NCBI GenBank assembly: GCA_027068765.1
Contig: JAMOMC010000182.1
Span: 2,955 to 66,954 of the forward strand
From: Campylobacterales bacterium
GTDB lineage: Bacteria > Campylobacterota > Campylobacteria > Campylobacterales > QNZT01
DNA: 64,000 nt
Reading direction: 5' to 3'
The first letter of the stretch is position 1. Each line of letters begins with the position of its first letter. The notes below the pieces were generated by a model. The model saw only the letters and a list, made by a program, of their open reading frames with translations. It was not told the DNA's origin and did no database searches. Shown one piece after another: positions 26,188-36,055 of this stretch. The translations under genes were made by a program, and so were the position numbers.

Positions 26188-26961
26188 TTACTCTAGGGAG
26201 CTATTTAAATCTATATACTCTTTACTATCTGCAACTGTATCTACAAACTTTCCAATTCTGCTCCATCTTATTTCATAGTTTTCATCCCATGAAAAGTAGA
26301 TAAACCAAGGTTTCCCTTCAACTAATCTATATGGGATTTGTCCCCAAAATCTACTATCATTTGAGTGATCTCTGTTATCACCCATCATAAAAAAGTGGTC
26401 ATCTTCAACTTTAGTTGGAGGGAAATTAAAAATTTGTTGAGGGTAGATGCCATTGTTTGTAATACTCTCATCAATTTGGATTCCAGGGTGCTTTTTCATG
26501 TATGGATTTTTTACCCATAAAACCCCGTTCATATCTACAATATCCTCTTTTGGATAATTCTCTCTTATATACTCATCTCCCTCATGTGGTTTTAGAAAGA
26601 GGACTTTATCTCTAATTGCAATTATATCTCCACCAACTGCAACACATCTTTTTACAAAGTGTGTTTTTTCATTTAAGGGGTATCTAAAAACTACTATATC
26701 ACCTCTTTTAGGTCTCTCTCCTTCCCATAAGTGACCATTTCCATTAAAATCTGGTAAAACAGGAACCTCTATCCAAGGAATATGAGGTATAGGTAACCCA
26801 TAAGCAAATTTCTTTACAAAAAGATGATCTCCTATGAGTTGTGATCTTTTCATAGAACCACTAGGAATTACAAAAGCTTGTGCTATAAAAAATATTATAA
26901 AAAGGACTATTACTATTGTGCCTGTCCAACTATTTGAAAAATCAAGAATTTTTTTTAACAT
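26188..26961 (-). CDS. lepB: Signal peptidase I
   Basis: An N-terminal TM segment is followed by the PSGSMKRS (Ser box), VKRCVAVGGD and GDNRDHSNDSRFWG boxes. Confidence 0.93.
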   Translation of the reverse strand: MLKKILDFSNSWTGTIVIVLFIIFFIAQAFVIPSGSMKRSQLIGDHLFVKKFAYGLPIPHIPWIEVPVLPDFNGNGHLWEGERPKRGDIVVFRYPLNEKTHFVKRCVAVGGDIIAIRDKVLFLKPHEGDEYIRENYPKEDIVDMNGVLWVKNPYMKKHPGIQIDESITNNGIYPQQIFNFPPTKVEDDHFFMMGDNRDHSNDSRFWGQIPYRLVEGKPWFIYFSWDENYEIRWSRIGKFVDTVADSKEYIDLNSSLE

Positions 26962-26963
26962 AC

Positions 26964-27803
26964 TTATCTGCTCCTTGCAGCTTTTATACTATTTTCTAAT
27001 AACATGGCAATTGTCATAGGACCAACTCCGCCAGGAACAGGTGTTATAAATGAGCATTTTGGACTAACTTCATCATATGCAACATCCCCTACTAGCTTAC
27101 CATTTTCAAGACGGTTAATACCTATATCTATTACTATTGCACCATCTTTTACCATATCTTTGGTTATTAAGTTTGCTCTACCTACTCCTACTATTAAAAG
27201 GTCAGCTCTTTTTGTATGAGCTTTTAACTCTTTTGTATATATGTGGCAGATATCTACAGATGCATTTGCATTTAAAAGAAGGTTCATCATAGGTTTTCCG
27301 ACGATATTGCTAGCTCCAACGATGCAGACATCTAAACCTTTTGGTTCAATCTTATAAGCTTTTAACAATTTCATAACACCAAGAGGAGTGCAAGGTGTGA
27401 AAGTATCTAAATTTAGTACAAGTTTCCCTACATTAAATGGGTGAAAACCATCTACATCTTTTTTTTCACATACAGCTTGGAGTACTTTTGTTGTATCTAT
27501 ATGTTTTGGGAGTGGGAGTTGTATTAAAATTCCATCTATATTTGGATTTTTATTCATCATTCCTATAGTCTCTAAAATTTTATCTTGTGAGATATCATCA
27601 GGCATCTTATGAATGATAGAGTAAATCCCTACCTCTTCACAAGCTTTCTCTTTCATCCTAACATATGTGTGACTCGCACTATCATCACCTATAACCACCA
27701 CAGCAAGACCAGGTGTAATACCTTTTGCTTTGAGAGTTTTTATATCCTCTTTTGCTTTTGCTTTTATCTTTAAGGAGAGTGCTTTACCATCCAAAATTTG
27801 CAT
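26964..27803 (-). CDS. folD: Bifunctional methylenetetrahydrofolate dehydrogenase/cyclohydrolase
   Basis: Full-length FolD pattern: ILDGKALS, PGLAVVVIGDDSASHTYVRMKEKAC, ILIQLPLP, VDGFHPFNVG, TPVPGGVGPMT. Confidence 0.95.
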   Translation of the reverse strand: MQILDGKALSLKIKAKAKEDIKTLKAKGITPGLAVVVIGDDSASHTYVRMKEKACEEVGIYSIIHKMPDDISQDKILETIGMMNKNPNIDGILIQLPLPKHIDTTKVLQAVCEKKDVDGFHPFNVGKLVLNLDTFTPCTPLGVMKLLKAYKIEPKGLDVCIVGASNIVGKPMMNLLLNANASVDICHIYTKELKAHTKRADLLIVGVGRANLITKDMVKDGAIVIDIGINRLENGKLVGDVAYDEVSPKCSFITPVPGGVGPMTIAMLLENSIKAARSR

Positions 27804-27872
27804 ATAAATTACCTAGAACCTTTATAAAATTTTAGGTAGTATATCGCACAAAGCTTTTAGTAAGGGTGTTTA

Positions 27873-28208
27873 GTGAAAATTGTTATTTTGATTTTACTAC
27901 TTTTTTTTTCAAATGCAAATGCAAAAGATAGTTTCTTATCAAATGATGAGTATGCCAAAATGTTATATAAAAACCCAAGAGGCATAGGATGCAATCTCTG
28001 CCATGGAGAAAAAGGTGAAGGGTTGGTTATATCTTCTTATATCAAAGGAGATAAAAAGATTTCATTAATGGCTCCTAGAATCAACAATTTATCTATGAGA
28101 AGGTTTACAAAAGCATTAGAAAAAGGTAAAAGACTTATGCCTGAGTATTTTCTAACCCAGCAAGAGAAAGCTTATTTGTATTATTATTTAACAAAACAAA
28201 AAAATTAA
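27873..28208 (+). CDS. Small monohaem c-type cytochrome (periplasmic)
   Basis: It has a GTG start and a signal peptide (MKIVILILLLFFSNANA). There is a single CNLCH haem-binding motif followed by GEKGEG. Confidence 0.6.
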   Translation: MKIVILILLLFFSNANAKDSFLSNDEYAKMLYKNPRGIGCNLCHGEKGEGLVISSYIKGDKKISLMAPRINNLSMRRFTKALEKGKRLMPEYFLTQQEKAYLYYYLTKQKN

Positions 28209-28218
28209 AAGGTTGTAA

Positions 28219-29502
28219 ATGTTTATAGATAGAAGTAAAGAGGCTTTTAAAGAGGCTAAAGAGGTAATCCCAGGAGGTGTAGATTCACCAGTTCGTGCTT
28301 TTAAAAGTGTTGGAGGGACTCCTGTTTTTATAGACAAAGGTGAGGGGGCTTATCTTGTTGATATTGATGGAAATAGATATATCGATTTCGTCCAAAGTTG
28401 GGGGCCTTTGATTTTTGGGCATTGTGATAAAGATATAGAAGATGCAGTAATTTCTAGTGTTAAAAAAGGGCTTAGTTTTGGTGCTCCAACTGAGGTTGAG
28501 ACTTTATTAGCTACTGAGATATGTTCTATGTTTGATGGCATTGACAAAGTTCGATTTGTAAGTTCAGGAACTGAAGCTGTTATGTCAGCAATTCGTTTAG
28601 CTCGTGGCTTTACAAATAGAGATGATATTGTGAAGTTTGAGGGCTGTTACCATGGTCATAGTGACTCTTTGCTTGTTCAAGCTGGAAGTGGGGCGGTTAC
28701 TTTTGGTACACCATCTTCTCCTGGAGTTCCATCTGATTTAACAAAACATACACTTTTAGCAAAATATAATGATATCCAGAGTGTAAAAAAATGTTTTGAA
28801 AATTCTAGTGATATATCGTGTATCATCATAGAGCCAATTGCTGGAAATATGGGTTTAGTTCCAGCAGATGAAGAGTTTTTAAAAGCTCTTAGAGTTATCT
28901 GTGATGAAAATGGAGCACTTTTAATTTTTGATGAAGTTATGAGTGGTTTTCGTGCTAGTTTAAAAGGTGCTTGCGGGTTGGTTGATGTTAAGCCTGATAT
29001 TGTAACATTTGGTAAAGTTATCGGTGGTGGGATGCCTGTTGGTGCATTTTGTGCAAGTGGGGAGATTATGGATAGATTATCTCCTGATGGACCAATTTAT
29101 CAAGCAGGTACACTTAGTGGAAATCCAATTGCTATGAGTGCAGGATTAGCATCTTTAAAAAAGTTAAAAACTACAGCTAATCTTCACAATGAACTCTCTA
29201 AAAAAGCTAAAAAATTGATGGAAGGTTTTAGTGAGAGTGCAAAGAGTGCAGGTATACCTTTGCAAACTGATGTTAGAGGAAGTATGTTTGGTTTTTTCTT
29301 TAATGAAAACGGAGTTAAAAATTTTGATGATGCACTAAAATCTGACACTGATAGATTTGCACTATTTCACCAAAAGATGCTAAAAAATGGAATTTATTTT
29401 GCTTGTAGTCAGTTTGAAACTGGTTTTATATCAACAGCTATGAGTGAAGAGATGATTGATGAAGTTATAGAAGTTTCTAAAAAAGTTTTTAAAGAGCTTT
29501 AG
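28219..29502 (+). CDS. hemL: Glutamate-1-semialdehyde 2,1-aminomutase
   Basis: Full-length match: [37 protein letters not shown] (PLP-lysine region). Confidence 0.95.
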   Translation: MFIDRSKEAFKEAKEVIPGGVDSPVRAFKSVGGTPVFIDKGEGAYLVDIDGNRYIDFVQSWGPLIFGHCDKDIEDAVISSVKKGLSFGAPTEVETLLATEICSMFDGIDKVRFVSSGTEAVMSAIRLARGFTNRDDIVKFEGCYHGHSDSLLVQAGSGAVTFGTPSSPGVPSDLTKHTLLAKYNDIQSVKKCFENSSDISCIIIEPIAGNMGLVPADEEFLKALRVICDENGALLIFDEVMSGFRASLKGACGLVDVKPDIVTFGKVIGGGMPVGAFCASGEIMDRLSPDGPIYQAGTLSGNPIAMSAGLASLKKLKTTANLHNELSKKAKKLMEGFSESAKSAGIPLQTDVRGSMFGFFFNENGVKNFDDALKSDTDRFALFHQKMLKNGIYFACSQFETGFISTAMSEEMIDEVIEVSKKVFKEL

Positions 29503-29798
29503 TGGAAAATAAAAAAAAGCCAAAATATGGAGTGTTTATCAATGGAGCTGAACAACTCTCAATTGGTATATCTATGGTTGTTGCAGTTGCAGCAGGTGTA
29601 GGTGTTGGTATCTTGATGAAAAAATATTTAGGATATGATTGGCTCCTTTTTCTAGGTATTTTCTGGGGATTAGCGGCTGCATTTTTAAATGTGAAAAGAG
29701 CTTATGATAAACAAGTAAAAGAGTTAGATAAGCTAAAAGATGACCCAAAATACAGACATGCTAAAAAAGATTATCAAGAACAAAATGATAAAAATTAA
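29502..29798 (+). CDS. Small two-TM membrane protein, AtpZ/AtpI-like
   Basis: The GTG start overlaps the hemL stop by 1 nt. It has two hydrophobic helices (ISMVVAVAAGVGVGILM and WLLFLGIFWGLAAAFLNV) followed by a basic tail, as in the AtpZ/AtpI family. Confidence 0.45.
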   Translation: MENKKKPKYGVFINGAEQLSIGISMVVAVAAGVGVGILMKKYLGYDWLLFLGIFWGLAAAFLNVKRAYDKQVKELDKLKDDPKYRHAKKDYQEQNDKN

Positions 29799-30288
29799 AA
29801 ATTTTGTAATCATCTTTGTTACCCTTGATATCGCTCTTATCTCTTTTTCTATCTATAAAGGAGATAATTTTCTTATAAGCTCTCAAAGTGCTTTTTTTGC
29901 TTCACTTTTAGTTACTTTGGCTTCATTTTTTGGATATAAAAAAATGGTAGAGAAGAAGATTGAGATAGGAGATATTCCTAAAGAGGATAGAGATGATATA
30001 GAGATACTAGAAGATAAACACGATTTATATAATAAAGATAGAGATTTAAAAGAGGTTATTAAAGAGGAGAGAGCAAAAATAACAAATCTAAAATCTACTG
30101 CTGTAAACCTTGGAAAAAGTATAACTGGTGCAACATCTATCTTTAGGATTTTATCTTATGGTGTGCTTTTCTTGTCATTTTTATATCTAAATAACAATAA
30201 TCTTTTAAATATTGGAGCTTATTTGATTGGATTGGCTGTTGTGCCTATTGGAGTTTTGTTATCTATATTTTTATCTTTGGCTAAGTAG
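29740..30288 (+). CDS. Hypothetical membrane protein (start uncertain; ATGs at 29740, 29758, 29785)
   Basis: Predicted TM helices lie at both ends and a charged central region (KEDRDDIEILEDKHD) sits between them. The ORF overlaps the upstream gene's 3' end. Confidence 0.5.
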   Translation: MTQNTDMLKKIIKNKMIKIKNFVIIFVTLDIALISFSIYKGDNFLISSQSAFFASLLVTLASFFGYKKMVEKKIEIGDIPKEDRDDIEILEDKHDLYNKDRDLKEVIKEERAKITNLKSTAVNLGKSITGATSIFRILSYGVLFLSFLYLNNNNLLNIGAYLIGLAVVPIGVLLSIFLSLAK

Positions 30289-30301
30289 CCAAAGATGACT
30301 T
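30275..30301. terminator. Hairpin between convergent genes (putative bidirectional terminator)
   Basis: An 8-bp stem, CTTTGGCT (30275-30282) pairing with AGCCAAAG (30287-30294), has the loop AAGT. A T-run follows at 30296-30301. It lies between the stops at 30288 (+) and 30303 (-). Confidence 0.45.
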
Positions 30302-30302
30302 T

Positions 30303-30572
30303 TTAACCTCTAATTTCTAAACTTTTTATAACTTCTGTATATCTTTGGAAGTCTTTTGATTTTAAGTATCTTAAAAGTCTTTTTCTCTGACCTACAAGCT
30401 TTAACAGACCAAGTCTTGAGCTGTGATCTTTTTTATTTACTTTTAGATGCTCTGTTAGGTAGATAATTCTATTTGTTAAAAGTGCTACTTGAACTTCTGG
30501 AGAACCTGTATCATTCTCACCTCTGCTAAATTTCTTAATGATCTCGGATTTTTTCGCCGTATCTAAAGCCAT
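30303..30572 (-). CDS. rpsO: 30S ribosomal protein S15
   Basis: Full-length 89-aa S15: [40 protein letters not shown]. Confidence 0.95.
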   Translation of the reverse strand: MALDTAKKSEIIKKFSRGENDTGSPEVQVALLTNRIIYLTEHLKVNKKDHSSRLGLLKLVGQRKRLLRYLKSKDFQRYTEVIKSLEIRG

Positions 30573-30641
30573 TTTTGACCTCCTGATTGGTATTTTTTTT
30601 AAATGGAGAGATGATTATACACATATAAACAAAAAAACTCC

Positions 30642-31208
30642 TTAGTCTAATAGACCATTTTTATAATTCCACTCCGCTTTTTTATTTCCATTTTCAAAAT
30701 ACTCAATTGATAGACCGTTTAGTTTTCCATTTTTGTATTTTAGTTTGTATTGTGGTTTTCCATTTGGGTAAAAAATTGTGCTTCTTCCATTTTTTACACT
30801 ATTTTTGTAGTTGTATTTTGCTTTTAGTTTTCCATTTTTATACTCTTTTGAGATTCCATTTAGCATCTCATTTTCATAATTTAATTCATATTGTAGATTT
30901 CCATTTTCATCATATCTTGAAGTTATTCCCGACTGTTTACCATTTTTAAAGTTTATATCAGAGATTTTTCTGCCGTTTTTATCATATTTTGTACTAACCC
31001 CATTTAAGATGTCATTTTTAAAGTTCCATTTTGCTTTTTTTTCACCATTTTTATAATACTCTGTTGTGATACCATTTTTTTCACCATTTTGATAGTTGTA
31101 CTCAAACTTTAATCCTCCTGTATCAAAATACTCTTTTGATACTTTAGCTTCCAATGATAGTGCCAGAAGTGCTGATATAGTGATGCTAATACAGAGTTTT
31201 TTACTCAT
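30642..31208 (-). CDS. MORN-repeat (YwqK-like) secreted protein
   Basis: A signal peptide is followed by about 7 tandem ~23-aa repeats of the type Y(Y/F)xNGxxKxxxNYKNGxLNGxS. Confidence 0.6.
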   Translation of the reverse strand: MSKKLCISITISALLALSLEAKVSKEYFDTGGLKFEYNYQNGEKNGITTEYYKNGEKKAKWNFKNDILNGVSTKYDKNGRKISDINFKNGKQSGITSRYDENGNLQYELNYENEMLNGISKEYKNGKLKAKYNYKNSVKNGRSTIFYPNGKPQYKLKYKNGKLNGLSIEYFENGNKKAEWNYKNGLLD

Positions 31209-31289
31209 ATTTTAATCCTTAGTTTTAATATTGCTCTATTTTATCAAATTATTTTAATAATTATATTATATCATGATGCTTAAAGGATT

Positions 31290-31670
31290 ATGATTATGGA
31301 AAATAGAATTTTTTTACTCTCTCTTGGGACTCTTATGTTTATTTTTTTAGGGTGTGCATCTAAAAATCCTCCATTGCAAGATATATCAGATGCAAAGATG
31401 GCAATTTTAGATGCAAAAGATGCAGGAGCTAAAACTCTTGCATCTGATATGTTTAAAAATGCTGAACAAAAATATCAAAATATGCAAAAATTAATGCAAG
31501 AGGAGAAGTATATAGATGCAAAGTATGCTGCACAAAAAGCTTATATACAAGCAAAACTAGCAAATACTATCTCTAAAAACATAAAGATACAGCAAGAAAT
31601 AGATGAACTTATGAGTGAGATAAGAGTGATAAAAAAAGATTTTGCAATACTACCTAAGGATGAAAAATGA
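31290..31670 (+). CDS. DUF4398-like lipoprotein
   Basis: It has a lipobox (FLGC) followed by a helical region (AKMAILDAKDAGAKTLASDMFKNAEQKY...), as in DUF4398 proteins that precede OmpA-family genes. Confidence 0.5.
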   Translation: MIMENRIFLLSLGTLMFIFLGCASKNPPLQDISDAKMAILDAKDAGAKTLASDMFKNAEQKYQNMQKLMQEEKYIDAKYAAQKAYIQAKLANTISKNIKIQQEIDELMSEIRVIKKDFAILPKDEK

Positions 31671-32500
31671 GATTTAAGATAGGGTTGACTTTAATTGTAA
31701 GTGTTGTGTTTTTAGGTTGTAGTCAAAAGGTTGATGATTTTGTTGTATTAAAAAAAGCACAAAAAGATTATCTTCTTATAAAAGAAGATAAAGAGATAAA
31801 TGAATATGCATCTAAAGAGCTTTTTAAAGCTACAAAGATATTTAACTCTAGTAAAAGTGTTGAAGATAAAAAGGAGGCAGAGCATTTAGCTTTTATGTTA
31901 AAAGCTCAGATCGAGATTGCAAAACAGAGTGCTAGAGATAAGGAGCTTAAAAGAGAGCTTGAAAAGCTTAAAACCGCAAAAATAAAAGCACTTTTAGATG
32001 AGAAAGATAGTGAACTTCTTTTACTAAAAAAAGAGGCACAAAAAGCAAAATTAGAGGCTAAGATGACATTAGAGAAGTTAGAAGCTTTAAAAGAGTTAAA
32101 TGCTAAAGAGACAAACAGAGGGTTAGTTTTGACACTTGGAGATGTCTTATTTGAGACTGGTAGGTCAAATTTGCTTGATGGCTCTATGCGGGCAATTTTG
32201 AAACTCTCAGAGTTTTTGATAGATAACCCTGAGAGATCTGTGCTTATAGAGGGACATACTGATGATGTTGGAACTCTTACTTCAAATCTTGATCTATCTC
32301 TAAGAAGAGCCGCTTCTGTAGAGAAGGCATTGATTGAGAGAGGTGTCTCTTCTTCAAGATTGTTAGTAAAAGGGTATGGTGAGATGTATCCTGTTGCTAC
32401 AAATAGTGATGAAAGTGGGAGGCAGAGAAATAGAAGAGTTGAGATAGTCATTTTAGAAGAGGGTGTAGATCCATTAGAGATGGTGTTAGAAAATAGATAA
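31667..32500 (+). CDS. OmpA-family peptidoglycan-binding lipoprotein
   Basis: It has a lipobox (VFLGC) and a coiled-coil middle. The C-terminal OmpA/MotB domain reads LTLGDVLFETGRSNL...IEGHTDDVG...NLDLSLRRAASV...GRQRNRRVEIVI. The start overlaps the upstream gene by 4 nt. Confidence 0.85.
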   Translation: MRFKIGLTLIVSVVFLGCSQKVDDFVVLKKAQKDYLLIKEDKEINEYASKELFKATKIFNSSKSVEDKKEAEHLAFMLKAQIEIAKQSARDKELKRELEKLKTAKIKALLDEKDSELLLLKKEAQKAKLEAKMTLEKLEALKELNAKETNRGLVLTLGDVLFETGRSNLLDGSMRAILKLSEFLIDNPERSVLIEGHTDDVGTLTSNLDLSLRRAASVEKALIERGVSSSRLLVKGYGEMYPVATNSDESGRQRNRRVEIVILEEGVDPLEMVLENR

Positions 32501-32508
32501 CTTCAAAA

Positions 32509-32529
32509 AATGCTACTTTTAGTAGCATT
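32509..32529 (+). terminator. Hairpin after the OmpA-family gene
   Basis: A 9-bp stem, AATGCTACT (32509-32517) pairing with AGTAGCATT (32521-32529), has the loop TTT. There is no clear downstream T-tract. Confidence 0.35.
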
Positions 32530-32688
32530 ACTTCGAGTATAGTTAAATTTTACTATTAAAATAATTTAATATTTATTCATATTCATTAACTATATTTAAT
32601 CTAGTCTTTTTTCATTATTTTTTAAATTAAATCATATTGAATTTTTTACGATTTACCTTAAATAATTTAAATATTTAAGGATAAAAAG

Positions 32689-34509
32689 ATGCATCTATTT
32701 TATAGTTTTTTAATTTTAATAGGATTAGTAATTTCAGGTTGTAATGGAGGAAGTAAAGAGCCTCAAAAAATCAAAGTTGAAGTTGATGGAGAAAATAAAC
32801 AAGAGGTTTCACAAGATATTAAAGAGGAAGTTAAAGAAGAAAAGTTTGAAGAGAGTTCTATAAAAATTCTTCCACATTTTCCACCAAGCTTAGAAAATAT
32901 TGCTTCAGATACTTTTGATTCATCTTTTGAGAGTGAGAGTAGAAACTACTCTTTAGTTGGTGGAGCATCTTTTGATATAGATGAGAGAAGAAGTGGAGAG
33001 AGATCTATAAAACTTCAAAATACTAATGATGCTATAAATATATACAATATCCCTGTAAAAGAAGGATCTTGGTATATGTTTTCAGGATATATGAAAGTTA
33101 AATCACTTCCTAGTGATGTAATTCGTTTTTATATAGGATATACAAATAATGGTGAGCATATTCACTCAGTTGCATTTCCGCTCATATCCACTGCAAAGAC
33201 TGGTGTTTGGGAAGAGTTCAATATGCCTCTTTATATTCAAAAAGGTAAAAATATTACAGATGTGAAGTTGATTATTCGAAATGTTGGTGAGCCTGATTTT
33301 AAAGCGGGGGTAATTTCTGATGTTTGGATAGATGATTTGAGTCTTCACAAAGTAAAAGATAGTGCACATCTTTTTGGATTTACAAAACCATCTATTAAAA
33401 AAAGTTTCAATGGCTCAAGAGTAAAGGTTGATAACTTAGGAAATTTTGAAGTAAAAACCGATCAAAAGTATGAATCATTTTTCCCTCTAATTGTCTATCC
33501 AGCAGGAGCATATGAGAGTTGGAAAAAATACAAACAAAAAGGTTTTAATGCCATAATGTGCCACAATCCAGTAGATGGAAAAGGTGCTGTAGATGCTGGG
33601 ATGTATTGGGTTTGGGATCTTTATAGTTATGGGGTAAATGATTTAAGTGGTGATGGGTTTGATCGTTTTGTTGCAGAGTATGATAAGTTAAAAAGAGAAA
33701 ATCCTGAAGTTTTAGATAAGTTACTCTACTTTTATTGGGACAATGAGGCATATTTTGTTTTTGATAGTTTTAAAATCTACTCAGATAAGATAAAAACTAT
33801 GGATGTAGATGTAAATGGAGATAGAAATAGACCTATTTTTATGCATCTTGATTTTACAGCTGGAAATAAAAACTATCACAATGATGTTTTTGAACTTATA
33901 GATATTCAAGGGACATATGCTAATCCTCTTTTATATCAAGAGAATGATAGGCTTAGTTATTCATACGATTTTAAAGGAAACTATAATGCTGAATTTGCAA
34001 ACTTTTCTATGTTTGAAAATATCTCAAATACAAAAATACCAAAAACTATTTTTGTCATAAATTCCCCTCAAGATGCAAATTTGGAAAATACTATTTTTGC
34101 TGCATTAGCTAGAGGAGGAAAAGGTTTTGCTTACTGGAAAGATAGTGGTTCACAACCTGCAATTGAAACAAGACCTTGGTGGAATGATTTTTCAAATATT
34201 AGTAGTAAAATAGAGAAGTTAAAACCTCTTTTAAGGTTAGCTCATTGGACTAATTGGGAGCTTTTGTATACTTTAAAAGATGATGAAGATGGTATAGTTG
34301 TTGGAAAGAGAGATTATGGCTCTAAAAGATGCATGATAGTTGCTAGCAGATCCAATAAGAGTGAAAGTGTAACATTTACAACCAAAGATAGAGAGATAAA
34401 AGAGGTGTATGATTTTTTTGATAATAAAGTTGCATCAACTGGAGTAGGGCATAGTTTTACTCTTTTATTTGCTCCCTTACAAAGTGGGGTTTACTGTTGG
34501 GATAAGTAG
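32689..34509 (+). CDS. Large lipoprotein, possible carbohydrate-binding beta-sandwich plus unknown C-terminal domain
   Basis: It has a lipobox (VISGC) and a Lys/Glu-rich linker. A region with the flavour of a CBM4_9/galactose-binding-like fold follows (GGASFDIDERRSGERSIKLQN...GSWYMFSGYMKV...VWIDDLSL). The function is not established. Confidence 0.6.
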   Translation: MHLFYSFLILIGLVISGCNGGSKEPQKIKVEVDGENKQEVSQDIKEEVKEEKFEESSIKILPHFPPSLENIASDTFDSSFESESRNYSLVGGASFDIDERRSGERSIKLQNTNDAINIYNIPVKEGSWYMFSGYMKVKSLPSDVIRFYIGYTNNGEHIHSVAFPLISTAKTGVWEEFNMPLYIQKGKNITDVKLIIRNVGEPDFKAGVISDVWIDDLSLHKVKDSAHLFGFTKPSIKKSFNGSRVKVDNLGNFEVKTDQKYESFFPLIVYPAGAYESWKKYKQKGFNAIMCHNPVDGKGAVDAGMYWVWDLYSYGVNDLSGDGFDRFVAEYDKLKRENPEVLDKLLYFYWDNEAYFVFDSFKIYSDKIKTMDVDVNGDRNRPIFMHLDFTAGNKNYHNDVFELIDIQGTYANPLLYQENDRLSYSYDFKGNYNAEFANFSMFENISNTKIPKTIFVINSPQDANLENTIFAALARGGKGFAYWKDSGSQPAIETRPWWNDFSNISSKIEKLKPLLRLAHWTNWELLYTLKDDEDGIVVGKRDYGSKRCMIVASRSNKSESVTFTTKDREIKEVYDFFDNKVASTGVGHSFTLLFAPLQSGVYCWDK

Positions 34510-35579
34510 CTTTTTGCTACTTCTACCGCTTTTTTAGCATCTATTTTACCGTATGCTCTATACTCATTAAAACCATTTGCATCATAGCTAACATCACCAA
34601 TTTTATCTGCTGTTTGGATTAAGATATCTCTTATCTCATCTGGAGTTAGATTTGGATTTACACTTATCATCAAAGCTACAACACCTGCTACTATAGGTGC
34701 TGCAAAACTTGTACCGTCAATAAAAGAGTAGTTATTGCTTAGACCTCTTTGTAATGTATTTCCAAATGAACCACTATCGTCAATTGCTAAAATACCAAGT
34801 ATATTAGTGTCTCCTCCAGGGGCCAATAAGTCTATATTTTTTCCATAGTTTGAGTAGAAAGCTATATCATTGTACTCATTACTAGCTCCTACACCTATAA
34901 CAGATGCAAGCTCTGATTCATCGTTAATTTGCTCTGCATCTAAACTATATCCACCAAGTGGGCTATTTCCACTAGCAAAGATGACTGTGATACCTCCATC
35001 TTTTAGTTCTTTAATTTTTTGTGCAACTATTTGAGATACATTTTCAGTTCCCCAACTACAGTTTATAACCTTTGCACCAGCATTTTTTGCATACTCAAAT
35101 GCTTTGATAATATGAGCATCATTATCTTGTAGCTGCTGTATTAAGATTAATTTTGCTTTTGGAGCTGCACCTACTAATCCTGTTGCATTTATAGGAGATG
35201 CTATAAAACCAGCAACACTCAAGCCATGAGATGCATCATCTGTTCTGTTTGGGATATATCCACTTGGATTATCTATACTATAAAAATCTATGATATTCTC
35301 TTTTAAGTCTTGATGGCTTATCTCAAAATAGTTATCAATGACAGCAACCTTAACTCCCTCTCCTTTTGTAATTTTCCAGGCACTTTCTATATTTATGTGA
35401 GATTTTGGAGAGATATTAAAATTTTCTACTAAAGTATCACTTTGTTTAAAATGCCAAGCATATTTATAGTAAGGCTCATTTTCTATAGTTAGTTCATTAC
35501 TATCTATCGGCTTTTTATCACATGCTAAAAATTGCAATAGAGTTGTTATGAAGATAACTTTTAAAGAAAATTTTATCAT
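34491..35579 (-). CDS. Subtilisin-like serine protease (peptidase S8) lipoprotein, lacking a cis prodomain
   Basis: The lipobox is LQFLAC. Catalytic boxes are VKVAVIDN (Asp), ASHGLSVAG (His), FASGNS (Asn) and DGTSFAAPIVAGVVAL (Ser). Confidence 0.9.
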   Translation of the reverse strand: MIKFSLKVIFITTLLQFLACDKKPIDSNELTIENEPYYKYAWHFKQSDTLVENFNISPKSHINIESAWKITKGEGVKVAVIDNYFEISHQDLKENIIDFYSIDNPSGYIPNRTDDASHGLSVAGFIASPINATGLVGAAPKAKLILIQQLQDNDAHIIKAFEYAKNAGAKVINCSWGTENVSQIVAQKIKELKDGGITVIFASGNSPLGGYSLDAEQINDESELASVIGVGASNEYNDIAFYSNYGKNIDLLAPGGDTNILGILAIDDSGSFGNTLQRGLSNNYSFIDGTSFAAPIVAGVVALMISVNPNLTPDEIRDILIQTADKIGDVSYDANGFNEYRAYGKIDAKKAVEVAKSYLSQQ

Positions 35580-35956
35580 CTTCTATATCGTTTTTTTATA
35601 AAATTAGGGTGTGCTATGGTGATTGTCTTTTCTAAATATAGTTTTTGAGATATTTCAAATATATCATCACTCTTTTTTAATTTTATTAAAAAGATATTTG
35701 AACTTAGGGACTCTGTATTTTTAAAAGAGTATTTTATAAAAGTCTTTTCACATTCTGTTCTAGAGTTACATTTTACTAAAATCTCATCTCTTACACCAAC
35801 TTTTTGACCAGCACTGTTTTTATAATAAAAAGTTCCATCTGTCACATCTCTTTGCTCTTTAAGCTTAGTTAGTTTTACTTTTTTGCCATACTCATAGTAG
35901 TATACATCAGAAAAAAGTGTACTATATAAAAATATACTTAATAAAAATTGCTTCAA
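35576..35956 (-). CDS. Secreted small protein resembling a stand-alone subtilase prodomain (I9/fervidolysin-prodomain-like)
   Basis: It has its own signal peptide. The stretch EILVKCNS...IFLIKLKKSDDIFEISQKL...ITIAHPNF resembles the ...ilVkfk...veyaePNy pattern of S8 prodomains. Its stop overlaps the protease ATG (ATGA). Confidence 0.45.
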   Translation of the reverse strand: MKQFLLSIFLYSTLFSDVYYYEYGKKVKLTKLKEQRDVTDGTFYYKNSAGQKVGVRDEILVKCNSRTECEKTFIKYSFKNTESLSSNIFLIKLKKSDDIFEISQKLYLEKTITIAHPNFIKKRYRR

Positions 35957-36055
35957 TTCTTTTCCTAATCTTTTAAATATTTATTATTATACATAATTTA
36001 AACTTCTTTTGTTACAATTAGGACAAAATTACCCTGAATTGGAGTTATATAAACT

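Noticed and set aside
31906-32451. A 181-aa minus-strand ORF inside the OmpA-family gene, and similar antisense ORFs in hemL, flhA, the DHH gene, clpB, msbA, GT genes, lepB and folD (e.g. 28350-28547, 37231-37554, 39027-39260, 50649-50948, 53029-53535, 59676-60107, 61241-61642).
   Set aside because: Each overlaps a CDS with clear family motifs on the opposite strand. Their sequences are low-complexity Ser/Leu/Phe/Ile strings typical of AT-rich antisense frames.
34491-34509. The 19-nt overlap of the convergent 3' ends of the 606-aa lipoprotein gene and the S8 protease gene.
   Set aside because: Short convergent overlaps occur in compact genomes. There is no evidence of regulatory significance from the sequence alone.
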